A stretch of 64,000 nt of DNA, from the NCBI GenBank assembly GCA_045863395.1, contig BTVJ01000001.1:256001-320000 (forward strand), given 5' to 3'. Source of the stretch: Myxococcales bacterium (GTDB lineage Bacteria; Myxococcota_A; UBA9042; JABWCM01; BTVJ01). The position numbers and the translations under genes were made by a program. The notes below the pieces were generated by a model. The model was not told where the DNA came from. It worked only from the letters and a program-made list of their open reading frames with translations, and made no database searches. Shown piece by piece: positions 27,833 to 37,556 of the stretch (the first letter of the stretch is position 1; the number at the start of each line of letters is the position of its first letter).

Positions 27833-29203
27833 CTACCAGGCGTACTTCAGGGCCACGTCGAAGTTCATGCCGCCCACGCCGGCCGTGCCGGTCGGGTTGT
27901 TGAACTCGTCGGTCGCCGGGCGCGGCGTGTTGGCGCCGCTGATCAGGTTGGGCCCGAGCAGGAAGAAGTCCGGGCTCAGGTGGGCGTCGATGACCCACTC
28001 GTCGTTCTTGCCGAAGAACAGGGAGAAGCCCGTGTCGAAGGTCGTGACGACCTTGGAGTCGCGGGTGTCGCTCTCGTTGCCGGCCGCCTTGCTGCCCACC
28101 TTGTCGAACAGCAGGTACTGTCGGGCGCCCATGCGGAACGCGAACCAGTCCCAGATGCGGGCGTCGACCCCGAAGCCGTAGTAGGGCAGCGTCCAGCGGC
28201 GGTCGTCGGAGCGGACGTTGGTGTTGTCCTCCACGACCCAGTCGTCGTAGCGCATTCCGAGCAGCGGGTAGATGGCGACGCGCTCCCAGGGCTCCACCTT
28301 GAGGGCGATGCCGACCTCGAAGGCGATGTTGCGGTAGTTGCCCGTCGCGGTCTGACCGGGCAGCGCGTTCCGCAGCCCCTCGAAGGCCAGCTCGAAGGAG
28401 CCATAGGGGATGAGCTGGGTGCCCTGGAAGAAGTTGATGATGCCGCGCCCGCGCAGCGTGAACCCGAAGATGGTGTCGGGGGCGAACTGCTCGATCTCCT
28501 GCGGGCCTGCCAGGTCGTCGAAGAGGCCGAAGTCGATGCCGATGCCGAAGTCGACGCTGTTCTCGCCCATGAAGTCGAAGCCGATGCCCAGGTCGACGTT
28601 CATGACGAACACGGACAGGTCACGGAGGTTTGCGTTCGGGCTCTCGACCTGGAGCGAATCCCCGTAGAAGCCGAGGCCCGCACCGAAGCGGAAGCCGTCG
28701 ACGTCGTGGGCGAACAAGATCGACGCCTTGTGGTTGGCGGTCAGATCCGACGAGCCGGCCGCTCCCGACGCCGCGGCCGCCGTGTTGGCGCCAAAGTTGG
28801 TGGTGTTCACCGTGCCCGCCGTCACGGACGCCCTGCTGCCCAGGAGGCCAGGACCGACTCCGACCCGATTCCATGGCAGGGACAGGCCGATGCCGCCGTC
28901 CACGTTGCTGCCGTAGGCCGCGATGACCGTGTAGTCGCTGATGCTGTAGTGGATGCCGAAGCGGCTGTTCGGGAAGCCGGCGCCAGCGCCGCTCAGCTCG
29001 TCGATGAACACGCGGTTGCCGAACTTCGTGAGGGTCGCCGGCAGGTCGAAGACGTTGACCTCGTCCTCGAAGACCAGGTAGCCGTCCACGTACCCGAGGG
29101 TCGCGCCCATGCTGTTGACGCGGCTGCCCGTGGCCAGCGCGTCGCCCGACGCCAGGGCCACGAAGCCGACTGCCGCGGCGAGTGTGGCGCTCCTGTAAGA
29201 CAT
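27833..29203 (-). CDS. outer-membrane beta-barrel protein
   Basis: Signal peptide ALA, amphipathic aromatic strands, C-terminal FDVALKYAW. Confidence 0.8.
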   Translation of the reverse strand: MSYRSATLAAAVGFVALASGDALATGSRVNSMGATLGYVDGYLVFEDEVNVFDLPATLTKFGNRVFIDELSGAGAGFPNSRFGIHYSISDYTVIAAYGSNVDGGIGLSLPWNRVGVGPGLLGSRASVTAGTVNTTNFGANTAAAASGAAGSSDLTANHKASILFAHDVDGFRFGAGLGFYGDSLQVESPNANLRDLSVFVMNVDLGIGFDFMGENSVDFGIGIDFGLFDDLAGPQEIEQFAPDTIFGFTLRGRGIINFFQGTQLIPYGSFELAFEGLRNALPGQTATGNYRNIAFEVGIALKVEPWERVAIYPLLGMRYDDWVVEDNTNVRSDDRRWTLPYYGFGVDARIWDWFAFRMGARQYLLFDKVGSKAAGNESDTRDSKVVTTFDTGFSLFFGKNDEWVIDAHLSPDFFLLGPNLISGANTPRPATDEFNNPTGTAGVGGMNFDVALKYAW

Positions 29204-29508
29204 GGTGTCCTCCTTAGAACCGAGAGCAGTCCGTTGTTGCTGCGTCGCGAGCCCCCGTGCTCCTGCGCAGGGGGCGGATGCCCTGGCGCCGCGACGTCAG
29301 CGCCGGTCAGTAGCACGGGTTCCTGAGGCTGTCAACCAATCCAGCCGAACGCCGGTCGGGTGGAGTCGGAGTGCCCGTCGGGTACGCGCACGGGGCGCCA
29401 CGGCGCTGATCATTTGTATAGACACCGACCGCCCGCGTTCTTGACGGGGCCCCGATGTGGCGGTATCAACCACCGTCGCCACCCGACGCGGCGGCCAGGT
29501 GATCCACG

Positions 29509-30288
29509 ATGGCCATGATCGAGATGTACAACGTCTCGAAGCGCTACCCTAACGGGGTGGATGCGCTGCGAGACGTCACGCTCAAGATCGGTGACGGGGA
29601 GTTCGTCTTCCTGTCCGGTCCGAGCGGCGCCGGCAAGACCACGCTGATGAAGCTCTTCCTGTGCCTGGAGAGGGCCACGGAGGGGCAGGTGGTCGTGGGG
29701 GGCCGGAACATCATGACCCTGCGCCGCGGGTCGATCCCCTACCTGCGCCGCAACATCGGCATGGTGTTCCAGGACTTCCGGCTGCTCCAGCGGCGGACCG
29801 TATTCGAGAACGTGGCCATCGCGCTCGAGATCCTGGGCCTGCCGCGGCGCGAGCTGGTCCCCAGAGTCCACCAGACCCTGGAGGCCGTCGGCCTCGGGCG
29901 CTACCACCGGGAGCTTCCCCAGTCCCTGTCCGGCGGCGAGCAGCAGCGGGTGGCCATCGCGCGGGCGCTGGTCAACGAGCCGGCCATCCTGCTCGCGGAC
30001 GAACCGACCGGCAACCTGGACCCCGAGCTCTCCTTGGAGATCCTCGGCCTGCTCATGGACATCCACCGCAAGGGGACGACCGTGCTCGTCGCCACCCACA
30101 ACTGGCACCTGCTGGAGACCCACCGGATGCGCACGCTCACGCTCAACAAGGGCGTGCTGGTCGGAGACGTGGCCCCGGACGGCCGCGACCTGCTCAAGAA
30201 GGGCTGGGAGCCCACGCCTCCGGCAGTGGACCTGGCCGACGAGGACCTGATGCCCGAGGAGCCGGACCCGAAGGGCGGGACCCGATGA
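29509..30288 (+). CDS. ftsE: cell division ATP-binding protein FtsE
   Basis: GPSGAGKTT, IPYLRRNIGMVFQDFRLL, LSGGEQQR; precedes ftsX. Confidence 0.95.
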   Translation: MAMIEMYNVSKRYPNGVDALRDVTLKIGDGEFVFLSGPSGAGKTTLMKLFLCLERATEGQVVVGGRNIMTLRRGSIPYLRRNIGMVFQDFRLLQRRTVFENVAIALEILGLPRRELVPRVHQTLEAVGLGRYHRELPQSLSGGEQQRVAIARALVNEPAILLADEPTGNLDPELSLEILGLLMDIHRKGTTVLVATHNWHLLETHRMRTLTLNKGVLVGDVAPDGRDLLKKGWEPTPPAVDLADEDLMPEEPDPKGGTR

Positions 30289-31190
30289 GGCTCCTGCTCC
30301 ACCGCATCGGGTACTTCGTGCGCGAGACCGTGCGCAACGTGCTCCACTCGCCCTTCCTGACCGCGGTCAGCATCAGCACCATCGCGGTGGCGCTGATCCT
30401 CATCGGGTTCTTCGGCTACCTGCTGATCAACGCGGGCCAGCTCATCGACGAGGTGGGCAAGGACCTGCGGGTCACGGTGTACCTGGAGCCTACCGTCAGC
30501 GCGGAGGAGGCCGAGGCGGTGCGCGCCGTGGTCGCCGAGAGCGACGAGGTGGAGGACGTGGTGGTCCTGACCGCCGCCGAGGACCGGGCGCGCAACCGGG
30601 CCCTGCTCAGCGCGGAGCTTCTGGCGGGCCTCGACGAGGAGAGCGTCCCGGGCAGCCCGTCACTGGACGTGGCCCTGTCCCAGAAGAAGCGCACCAAGGA
30701 GGACTTCGACCACATCGCCACGTGGCTCTCGTCGTTGGCGAAGGTCCAGCACGTCGACGACATCCACTTCGGGGCCGAGAACTTCCGCATCGTGTTCTCG
30801 CTCATCGAGATCCTGCGCCTGGTCGGGGCCATCGTGAGCGGCGTCATCCTGTTCGCGGCCATCTTCTTCGTGTTCAGCACCGTCAAGCTCGCGGTCTACG
30901 CGCGGCGCGACGAGATAGAGGTCCTCAAGCTGGTTGGCGCCACGGATCGCTTCATCAAGGTGCCCTTCTACCTGGAGGGGCTCCTGCAAGGCGCGGTCGG
31001 CTCCTTCGTTGCGCTCTTGATCGTGGCCTTCATCCACTTGAAAGTGCAGACCTTCGTGCGGGACGAGCAGGCGATCAACCTGCGCCTCGACCTGCTCCCG
31101 GCGGGGATGATCCTGTGGTTCTTGGTCGGCGGCGTCGTGCTCGGCCTGGCGGGGTCCGTCTTCTCCGTCGGCCGCCACCTGAAGGTGTGA
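30285..31190 (+). CDS. ftsX: cell division permease FtsX
   Basis: Four-TM layout; RRDEIEVLKLVGATDRFIKVPFYLEG. Confidence 0.95.
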   Translation: MRLLLHRIGYFVRETVRNVLHSPFLTAVSISTIAVALILIGFFGYLLINAGQLIDEVGKDLRVTVYLEPTVSAEEAEAVRAVVAESDEVEDVVVLTAAEDRARNRALLSAELLAGLDEESVPGSPSLDVALSQKKRTKEDFDHIATWLSSLAKVQHVDDIHFGAENFRIVFSLIEILRLVGAIVSGVILFAAIFFVFSTVKLAVYARRDEIEVLKLVGATDRFIKVPFYLEGLLQGAVGSFVALLIVAFIHLKVQTFVRDEQAINLRLDLLPAGMILWFLVGGVVLGLAGSVFSVGRHLKV

Positions 31191-32308
31191 GCCGCGATGG
31201 GTTTCTCTCCGTGAGATGGGCGCTCACCATCGCCCTCGCGCTTGCGTGGGGGACGGCGCTCGGCCAGGCGCCCGACGAGCGCATGGACTACGAGCGGCTG
31301 CTCACCGACCAGGTGTCCATGCTGGAGACCCTGGACGCCATCGGGCAGGACCTGGAGCAGCGGGAGCTGGAGCTCGACCGGCTCCAGGGGCAGCGGCAGC
31401 GCATCGCCGTGGAGCTCATCCAGCTCGAGGTGACCTTCGAGGACGCGACGGGGCACCTGACGCGGGTGCGCGACCTCATCCGCAAGCGCCTGCGGGCCGT
31501 GGCGCGGCACAGGCGGTCGGCGCGGGTGGACCTGGTGTTCTCGCTTGACGCCTACTTCGACTCCCAGCGACGGGAGCGGGCGATCCGGCTCCTGCTGGAG
31601 GACGACAAGGCGCGGGTCGACAGCTTCCGGGAGGAGCTCTTGCGCTACGAGCGGGAGCGCGCGACCCTGGACGCCAAGCGCGAGGAGCTGGACCGGCTGG
31701 AGGAGCGGGTCGCCGGGGAGAAGGGGCGCCTCGACCGGGACAAGGCCCAGAAGCTGGAGATCCTGACCCGCATCGACGGCAAGCGGAAGTGGTACGAGAA
31801 GGCGTACAAGGAGCTGGACGGCGCCTACGAGGCGGTCACGGCGCGCATCGCCAAGCTGGCGGAGTGGCAGGAGCGCAAGCTGGAGATGGCGCAGAACCAC
31901 GGGAAGCTGAGGCTGCCCATGGCGTATGCGGCCATCGTGACCGGGTTCGGGCCCCAGAAGAACAAGAAGCTCGGCACGACCGTGATGCACCGGGGCCTGG
32001 AGATCAAGACCACGCGGCCCGGCGGCACGCGCAACGTGCGGTCGGTGTACTGGGGGCGGGTCGCCTTCGTCGGGTGGCTGGTCGGGTACGGAAACACCGT
32101 GATCCTGGACCACACGAGCGGCTACCATACGCTCTACGCCCGGCTCGCGAGCGTCGAGGTGAAGGAGGGGGACATCGTGGAGACGCGCGGGCTCATCGGG
32201 CAGGCAGGCGGCGCCGTGACGCTCGGCACGCCGGGGACCCTCTACTTCGAGCTGCGCCACGACGGGCGGGCCATCGACCCGACCTCGTGGCTGATGATGC
32301 AAGAATGA
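31187..32308 (+). CDS. envC: murein hydrolase activator EnvC (coiled-coil plus degenerate M23)
   Basis: Long coiled-coil; HRGLEI, GYGNTVILDH, YARL and LYFELR (Zn ligands degenerate). Confidence 0.88.
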   Translation: MSRDGFLSVRWALTIALALAWGTALGQAPDERMDYERLLTDQVSMLETLDAIGQDLEQRELELDRLQGQRQRIAVELIQLEVTFEDATGHLTRVRDLIRKRLRAVARHRRSARVDLVFSLDAYFDSQRRERAIRLLLEDDKARVDSFREELLRYERERATLDAKREELDRLEERVAGEKGRLDRDKAQKLEILTRIDGKRKWYEKAYKELDGAYEAVTARIAKLAEWQERKLEMAQNHGKLRLPMAYAAIVTGFGPQKNKKLGTTVMHRGLEIKTTRPGGTRNVRSVYWGRVAFVGWLVGYGNTVILDHTSGYHTLYARLASVEVKEGDIVETRGLIGQAGGAVTLGTPGTLYFELRHDGRAIDPTSWLMMQE

Positions 32309-33072
32309 TCCTGGCAGTGGCGAACCAGAAGGGCGGGGTCGGCAAGACGACCACCGCGGTGAACCTCGCGGCGTCCGTGGCCGTGGCGGAGCGTCCGACG
32401 CTCCTCGTGGACCTGGACCCGCAGGGCAACGCGACCAGCGCGTTCGGCCTCGAGCGTGAGTCCATCGAGCGGTCGATCTACGACGTGCTGATGCGCGAGG
32501 CGACGCTGGCCGACGTCCTGCGGGCGACCGACCTGGCGCACCTGCGGGTGGCGCCGAGCACGCCGGACCTGGTCGGGGCGGAGATCGAGCTGGTGGCGGC
32601 CCTGTCGCGGGAGGGGCGCCTGAAGGCGGCGCTCCGGGGCGCGCGGGAGGGGCTCGTCGTCATCGACTGCCCGCCGTCGCTGGGGCTCCTGACCGTCAAC
32701 GCGCTGACCGCGGCGGACGCGGTGCTGGTGCCGCTCCAGTGCGAGTACTACGCGCTGGAGGGCCTGACGCAGCTCCTGCAGACCGTCGAGCTGGTGCGCG
32801 ACAGCCTCAACCCGAGCCTGCGGGTGCACGGGATCCTGCTCACCATGTTCGACCGGCGCCAGCGGCTGTCCAACCAGGTGGCCAACGAGGCGCGGCGGTA
32901 CTTCCCGGGGCTGGTCTACGAGACGGTCATCCCCCGCAACGTCCGGCTGTCGGAGAGCCCGTCCCACGGCAAGCCGGTGCTGCTCTACGACATCTGCAGC
33001 CCCGGGTCGCGGGCGTACATGGACCTGGCCGAGGAGATCCTCGGCCGCATGCCGACCGCCCACGCCGTCTGA
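32305..33072 (+). CDS. parA: chromosome partitioning ATPase ParA/Soj
   Basis: NQKGGVGKTTT, DLDPQGNA, IDCPPSLG and IPRNVRLSESPSHG. Confidence 0.96.
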   Translation: MILAVANQKGGVGKTTTAVNLAASVAVAERPTLLVDLDPQGNATSAFGLERESIERSIYDVLMREATLADVLRATDLAHLRVAPSTPDLVGAEIELVAALSREGRLKAALRGAREGLVVIDCPPSLGLLTVNALTAADAVLVPLQCEYYALEGLTQLLQTVELVRDSLNPSLRVHGILLTMFDRRQRLSNQVANEARRYFPGLVYETVIPRNVRLSESPSHGKPVLLYDICSPGSRAYMDLAEEILGRMPTAHAV

Positions 33073-33080
33073 GGAGCGCC

Positions 33081-33938
33081 ATGCCCACACAAGACACACC
33101 ACGCAGGGGCCTCGGGCGCGGGCTCGGGGCGCTCTTGCCCCAGCGGGACGCCGCCGCGACTTCGCCGCGCTACTTCGAGTGCGACCTGGAGCGGCTGCGG
33201 CCGGCGGCGGACCAGCCGCGCAAGACCTTCGACCCGGACAAGCTGCGGGAGCTGGTCGACTCGGTGCGGGAGCAGGGCATCATCCAGCCCATCGTCGCGC
33301 GCCCGGACGGGGAGGGGCTCGTCATCGTGGCGGGCGAGCGGCGCTGGCGAGCGGCGCGCATGGCGGGGCTCCCGACGGTGCCGGTGGTCGTCAAGGACAT
33401 CGACGGGGCGGAGGCCTTCGAGGTCGCGCTGGTCGAGAACGTCCAGCGGGACGACCTCAACCCCATCGAGGAGGCGGAGGCCTACCAGTACCTGCTCCAG
33501 TTGAGCCGGGCCACCCAGGAGAAGGTGGCGGAGCGGGTCGGCAAGGACCGGGCGACCGTCGCCAACCTGGTGCGGCTGTTGGGGCTGCCGGCGCCGGTCC
33601 AGGACAAGGTGCGCACGGGCCGGCTGTCTGCTGGAGTCGCGCGGGCCCTGCTCGGGCTGCGCGACGAGCAGAAGATCCTGGAGATGGCAGACAAGGCGGA
33701 GACCCGCGGCATGAGCGCCCGGGCCGTGGAGGCGGCCGTGCAGCGAGAGGCGCGGCCGACCCCAGCGAAGGCGCCCGTGCCAGCCGAGGCGGAGCGCATC
33801 GCCGAGAAGCTGGAGCGGCTGCTCGGCTTCGAGGTGGAGCTGGCGGCGACGGCGCGGACGGGCAAGCTCACGGTGCGCTGGGCCGGCAAGCAGGCACGCG
33901 AGGCGCTGGAGAAGCGCCTCGACGTGCTGCTGGAGTAG
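33081..33938 (+). CDS. parB: chromosome partitioning protein ParB/Spo0J
   Basis: GLGRGLGALL, QPRKTF, AGERRWRAA, ENVQRDDL and HTH. Confidence 0.96.
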   Translation: MPTQDTPRRGLGRGLGALLPQRDAAATSPRYFECDLERLRPAADQPRKTFDPDKLRELVDSVREQGIIQPIVARPDGEGLVIVAGERRWRAARMAGLPTVPVVVKDIDGAEAFEVALVENVQRDDLNPIEEAEAYQYLLQLSRATQEKVAERVGKDRATVANLVRLLGLPAPVQDKVRTGRLSAGVARALLGLRDEQKILEMADKAETRGMSARAVEAAVQREARPTPAKAPVPAEAERIAEKLERLLGFEVELAATARTGKLTVRWAGKQAREALEKRLDVLLE

Positions 33939-33950
33939 GGGGACCGCGGG

Positions 33951-35081
33951 ATGAGCGCCATCTATCTGGACCACAACGCGACGACGCCGCTCCTGCCCGA
34001 GGTCGTCGACGCCATGCTGCCGTATCTGCGCGAGCACTTCGGGAACCCGTCGAGCGGCCACGTGTACGGCGCGCGGGCCCGGGACGGCGTGGCGCGGGCC
34101 CGGGAGCAGGTGGCGGCGCTGCTCGGGTGCGACGCGGGGGAGGTGCTCTTCACGTCGGGCGGCACCGAGGCGAACAACCTCGCCATCCGCGGGGTGTGTG
34201 AGGCGGTGGGTGGGAGCCACGTCGTCACCAGCGTGATCGAGCACCCGGCGACGGCGCGGCCCTGCGCCTGGCTGGAGCGGCACGGGCGGAGAGTCTCCTG
34301 GATCGGCGTCGATGGCGAAGGGCGGGTGCGGGTGGACGACGCGCGCGCGGCCATCGGCGCGGACACGGCGCTCGTGACCGTGATGCACTCGAACAACGAG
34401 ACGGGCGTGCTCCAGCCGATCACGGAGCTGGCGGAGATCGCGCACGACCGGGGCGCACTCGTCCACATCGACGCGGCGCAGTCCTGCGGGAAGGTGCCCG
34501 TGCGGGTCGGGGAGCTGGGAGTGGACCTGCTGTCGGTCGCCGGCCACAAGCTGTACGCGCCGAAGGGCGTGGGCGCGCTCTACGTGCGGGCCGGGACGCC
34601 GCTCGCCCCGCTGGTGCTCGGCGCAGGCCACGAGCGGGGGCTCCGGCCGGGGACGGAGAACGTCGCCTCCATCGTGGGCCTCGGCGCGGCGTGCGAGGCC
34701 GCCCTGCGGGACCTCGACGCGGTGGCGGCGCGGGTCCGGGGGCTGCGGGACGACCTGTGGGGGCGCCTGGTGCGGGCCATCCCGGGCCTCGCGCTCAACG
34801 GCCACCCGGAGCTGCGGCTGCCGAACACGCTCAACGTGCGGTTCCCGGGGGTGTCGGGCAGCGACGTGCTTGCCGCGGCGCCCGAGCTCGCCGCCTCGAC
34901 CGGCTCCGCGTGCCACGAGGGCCACGAGGTCGCCTCGGCGGTCATCCTGGCCATGGGGGTGAGTCGAGAGGTGGCGCTCGGCTCCGTCCGCCTGACCCTC
35001 GGTCGCGACACCACCGCGGACGACGTGGCCCGTGCGGCGGAGGCGCTGGTCCGCGCCTGGCGGTCCGCGCTGGGGGCGTGA
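33951..35081 (+). CDS. cysteine desulfurase (IscS/NifS family)
   Basis: YLDHNATTP, TSGGTEANN, GHKLYAPKG and GSACH. Confidence 0.93.
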   Translation: MSAIYLDHNATTPLLPEVVDAMLPYLREHFGNPSSGHVYGARARDGVARAREQVAALLGCDAGEVLFTSGGTEANNLAIRGVCEAVGGSHVVTSVIEHPATARPCAWLERHGRRVSWIGVDGEGRVRVDDARAAIGADTALVTVMHSNNETGVLQPITELAEIAHDRGALVHIDAAQSCGKVPVRVGELGVDLLSVAGHKLYAPKGVGALYVRAGTPLAPLVLGAGHERGLRPGTENVASIVGLGAACEAALRDLDAVAARVRGLRDDLWGRLVRAIPGLALNGHPELRLPNTLNVRFPGVSGSDVLAAAPELAASTGSACHEGHEVASAVILAMGVSREVALGSVRLTLGRDTTADDVARAAEALVRAWRSALGA

Positions 35082-35129
35082 GCGCGCAGTGGCGGCGCTC
35101 ATGTCGGCCCCGCCGGCACCTGGGCCGAT

Positions 35130-36197
35130 CTACCGCGCGCTCAGCTCCCGCACCGCCTGGAACATGGCGATGGCGTGGGTCGGATCGACGTCCGGCGTGA
35201 TGCCGTGGCCCAGATTGAACACGTGGCCCGAGCCCTCGCCGAAGCGGGTGAGGATGTCCGCGACCTCCGCGCGGATGCGCGCCGGGCTCGCGTAGAGCAT
35301 GGCGGGGTCCATGTTGCCCTGGAGCGCAACCTTGTGGCCCACCCGGGCGCGCGCCACGTCGATGTCGATGGACCAGTCGAGGCCGACCACGTCGCAGCCC
35401 GTGTCCGCGATGGCCTCGAGCCACCCCATGCCGCCCTTCGTGTAGACGATGACCGGGACGCGGCGGCCCTCGCTCGTGCGGGTGAGCTGGGCGATGACCC
35501 GTCGCATGGGCTCGAGGGACAGCGCCATGTAGTCGCGGGTGGTCAGGATGCCGCCCCAGGTGTCGAAGAGCTGCACCGCCTGGGCGCCGTTGGCCACCTG
35601 CGCGTTGAGGTAGGCGGCCACCGTGTCGGCGAGCTTGTCGAGGAGCAGCCCCATGGTGGCGGGCTCGTTGAAGGCCATCGCCTTGACCTTGCTGAAGGTC
35701 TTGGAGCCGCCCCCCTCGACCATGTAGGTGGCCAGCGTCCAGGGGCTGCCGCTGAAGCCGATGAGGGGCACCCGGCCGCCGAGGCCCGCGCGGATGGCGC
35801 GCACGGCGGCCATCACGTAGCCGAGCTCGTCCTCCGGGTCCGGCACGGGGAGCCGCTCCACGTCTGCGCGCGACGCGATGGGGCGCGGGAAGCGGGGGCC
35901 CTCGCCGACACCGAAGGTCAGCTCCATGCCCATGGCCTCGGGCACGACCAGGATGTCCGAGAAGAGGATGGCCGCGTCGGCGCCCAGGATGTCGATGGGC
36001 TGCAGCGTCACCTCGCACGCCAGCTCTGGGTTCTTGCAGAGGTCGAGGAACCCGCCCGCCCTGGCCCGCGTCGCCCGGTACTGCGGCAGGTAGCGCCCGG
36101 CCTGGCGCATCATCCACGCGGGCGTCCGCTCCACGGGCTCGCGCAGGCAGGCCCGCAGAAACAGGTCGTTCTTCAGCTCGCTCTTCGGATCGCTCAT
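35130..36197 (-). CDS. hemE: uroporphyrinogen decarboxylase
   Basis: [29 protein letters not shown] and FNLGHGI. Confidence 0.97.
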   Translation of the reverse strand: MSDPKSELKNDLFLRACLREPVERTPAWMMRQAGRYLPQYRATRARAGGFLDLCKNPELACEVTLQPIDILGADAAILFSDILVVPEAMGMELTFGVGEGPRFPRPIASRADVERLPVPDPEDELGYVMAAVRAIRAGLGGRVPLIGFSGSPWTLATYMVEGGGSKTFSKVKAMAFNEPATMGLLLDKLADTVAAYLNAQVANGAQAVQLFDTWGGILTTRDYMALSLEPMRRVIAQLTRTSEGRRVPVIVYTKGGMGWLEAIADTGCDVVGLDWSIDIDVARARVGHKVALQGNMDPAMLYASPARIRAEVADILTRFGEGSGHVFNLGHGITPDVDPTHAIAMFQAVRELSAR

Positions 36198-36291
36198 GTC
36201 CGCCTCCTGGCGCGGCCAGCATCCGCGCGGGGCAGACCGTCGCATGTTTTGAGGGGCGATGGAAGCCCTGGCTGTGGGCGAGGCTCGTTTA

Positions 36292-36322
36292 CATGAATTC
36301 AAAATCCAGTCTTGATTTCATG
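36292..36322. promoter_or_regulatory. AT-rich imperfect palindrome, putative operator
   Basis: CATGAATTCAA-N9-TTGATTTCATG (10/11 match) just upstream of the AAA ATPase gene. Confidence 0.5.
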
Positions 36323-36345
36323 CGGGAGCGCCGTAGGCTGACCCC

Positions 36346-37524
36346 ATGATCGCGCGAGACCTGGAGCCGATCCTCCTCCGTGACGCTGCGTTCCTGCCGG
36401 CTGTGACGCTGGTCGGCCCCCGGCAGTCGGGAAAGTCCACGCTGGCGCGCGCCGCCTTCCCTCACCACGGGTACCTCAACCTGGAGCGCCCCGACCTCCG
36501 AGAGGCGGCCCGAGACGACCCGCGTGGGCTCCTCGCCGCACACCGGGACGGGGTCGTGATCGACGAGGTGCAGCATGTCCCTTCGCTGTTGTCCTGGGTA
36601 CAGGCCGCGGTCGACGACGACGCGCGACCGGGTCGGTTCATCCTGACCGGGTCGAACCAGCACGCGCTGTCCGCTGGGGTTGCCCAGACGCTGGCCGGCC
36701 GCACCACGGTGCTTCGGCTGCTGCCACCGGACCTGTCGGAGCTGCGACGCTTCCCCCACCCACCGCAGGAGTTGTGGGCGACGCTGTGGACCGGCGCCTT
36801 TCCCCGCATCCACGACACGGGGATTCCTGCCGACCGCTGGCTCTCGGGGTATGTCGCGACCTACCTGGAGCGCGACGTGCGCCAGGTGCTTCAGGTGACC
36901 GACCAGGTCGCGTTCCAGACCTTTGTGCGACTCATTGCAGGCCGCACGGCACAGGAGCTGAACCTGGCACAGCTCGGCGCCGATGCGGGAGTCAGCCAGC
37001 CGACGGCCCGCGCCTGGCTGTCTGTGCTCGAGACCAGCTACCTGGCCACGCGCCTCCCCGCATGGCACCGAAACACGCGGAAGCAGCTCATCAAGGCGCC
37101 GAAGGTGCACGTGATCGACACGGGCCTGGTCGCCTTCATGCTCGGAGTACGCACCCCCGACGAGCTCTCAGGCCACCCTCTGCGCGGCGCCCTGTTCGAG
37201 ACCTGGGTCGCGACGGAGGTCATCAAGCAGCGCGAGCACCGCGGCCTCGTGCCTCGCGCGTATCACTGGCGGGAGTCTCGGGCCCACGAGGTGGACCTCA
37301 TAGTCGACGACGGGGCGACGCTGTGGCTGATTGAAGTGAAGTCCGGCGCGACAGTCGGCGCGGACTGGTTCCCGCCGCTGCTTCGCGCCGCCGAGGCCCT
37401 CCGCGCAGAGGAGCCTGCGCGCGAGGTGCGTCCCGTCCTGGTCTACGGGGGCAATGAGCCCGGCGAGCGCCGTGGAGTCCGCGTGCTCCCTTGGCACCAG
37501 GTGGGGGAGCTGGCACCACATTGA
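36346..37524 (+). CDS. AAA_14 ATPase with DUF4143 / PD-(D/E)xK-like C-terminus
   Basis: GPRQSGKST, IDEVQ, ILTGS, YLERD, GALFET and EVDL..IEVKS. Confidence 0.92.
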   Translation: MIARDLEPILLRDAAFLPAVTLVGPRQSGKSTLARAAFPHHGYLNLERPDLREAARDDPRGLLAAHRDGVVIDEVQHVPSLLSWVQAAVDDDARPGRFILTGSNQHALSAGVAQTLAGRTTVLRLLPPDLSELRRFPHPPQELWATLWTGAFPRIHDTGIPADRWLSGYVATYLERDVRQVLQVTDQVAFQTFVRLIAGRTAQELNLAQLGADAGVSQPTARAWLSVLETSYLATRLPAWHRNTRKQLIKAPKVHVIDTGLVAFMLGVRTPDELSGHPLRGALFETWVATEVIKQREHRGLVPRAYHWRESRAHEVDLIVDDGATLWLIEVKSGATVGADWFPPLLRAAEALRAEEPAREVRPVLVYGGNEPGERRGVRVLPWHQVGELAPH

Positions 37525-37556
37525 CGGGCCGGGGCCGCTGGCCCTATGGTCGAGAC

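Noticed and set aside
26120..29326. 1068-aa plus-strand ORF and many similar long antisense ORFs (2646-5006, 20890-23439, 23420-25861, 32985-35102)
   Set aside because: Shadow frames of real opposite-strand genes in very GC-rich DNA; no recognisable motifs
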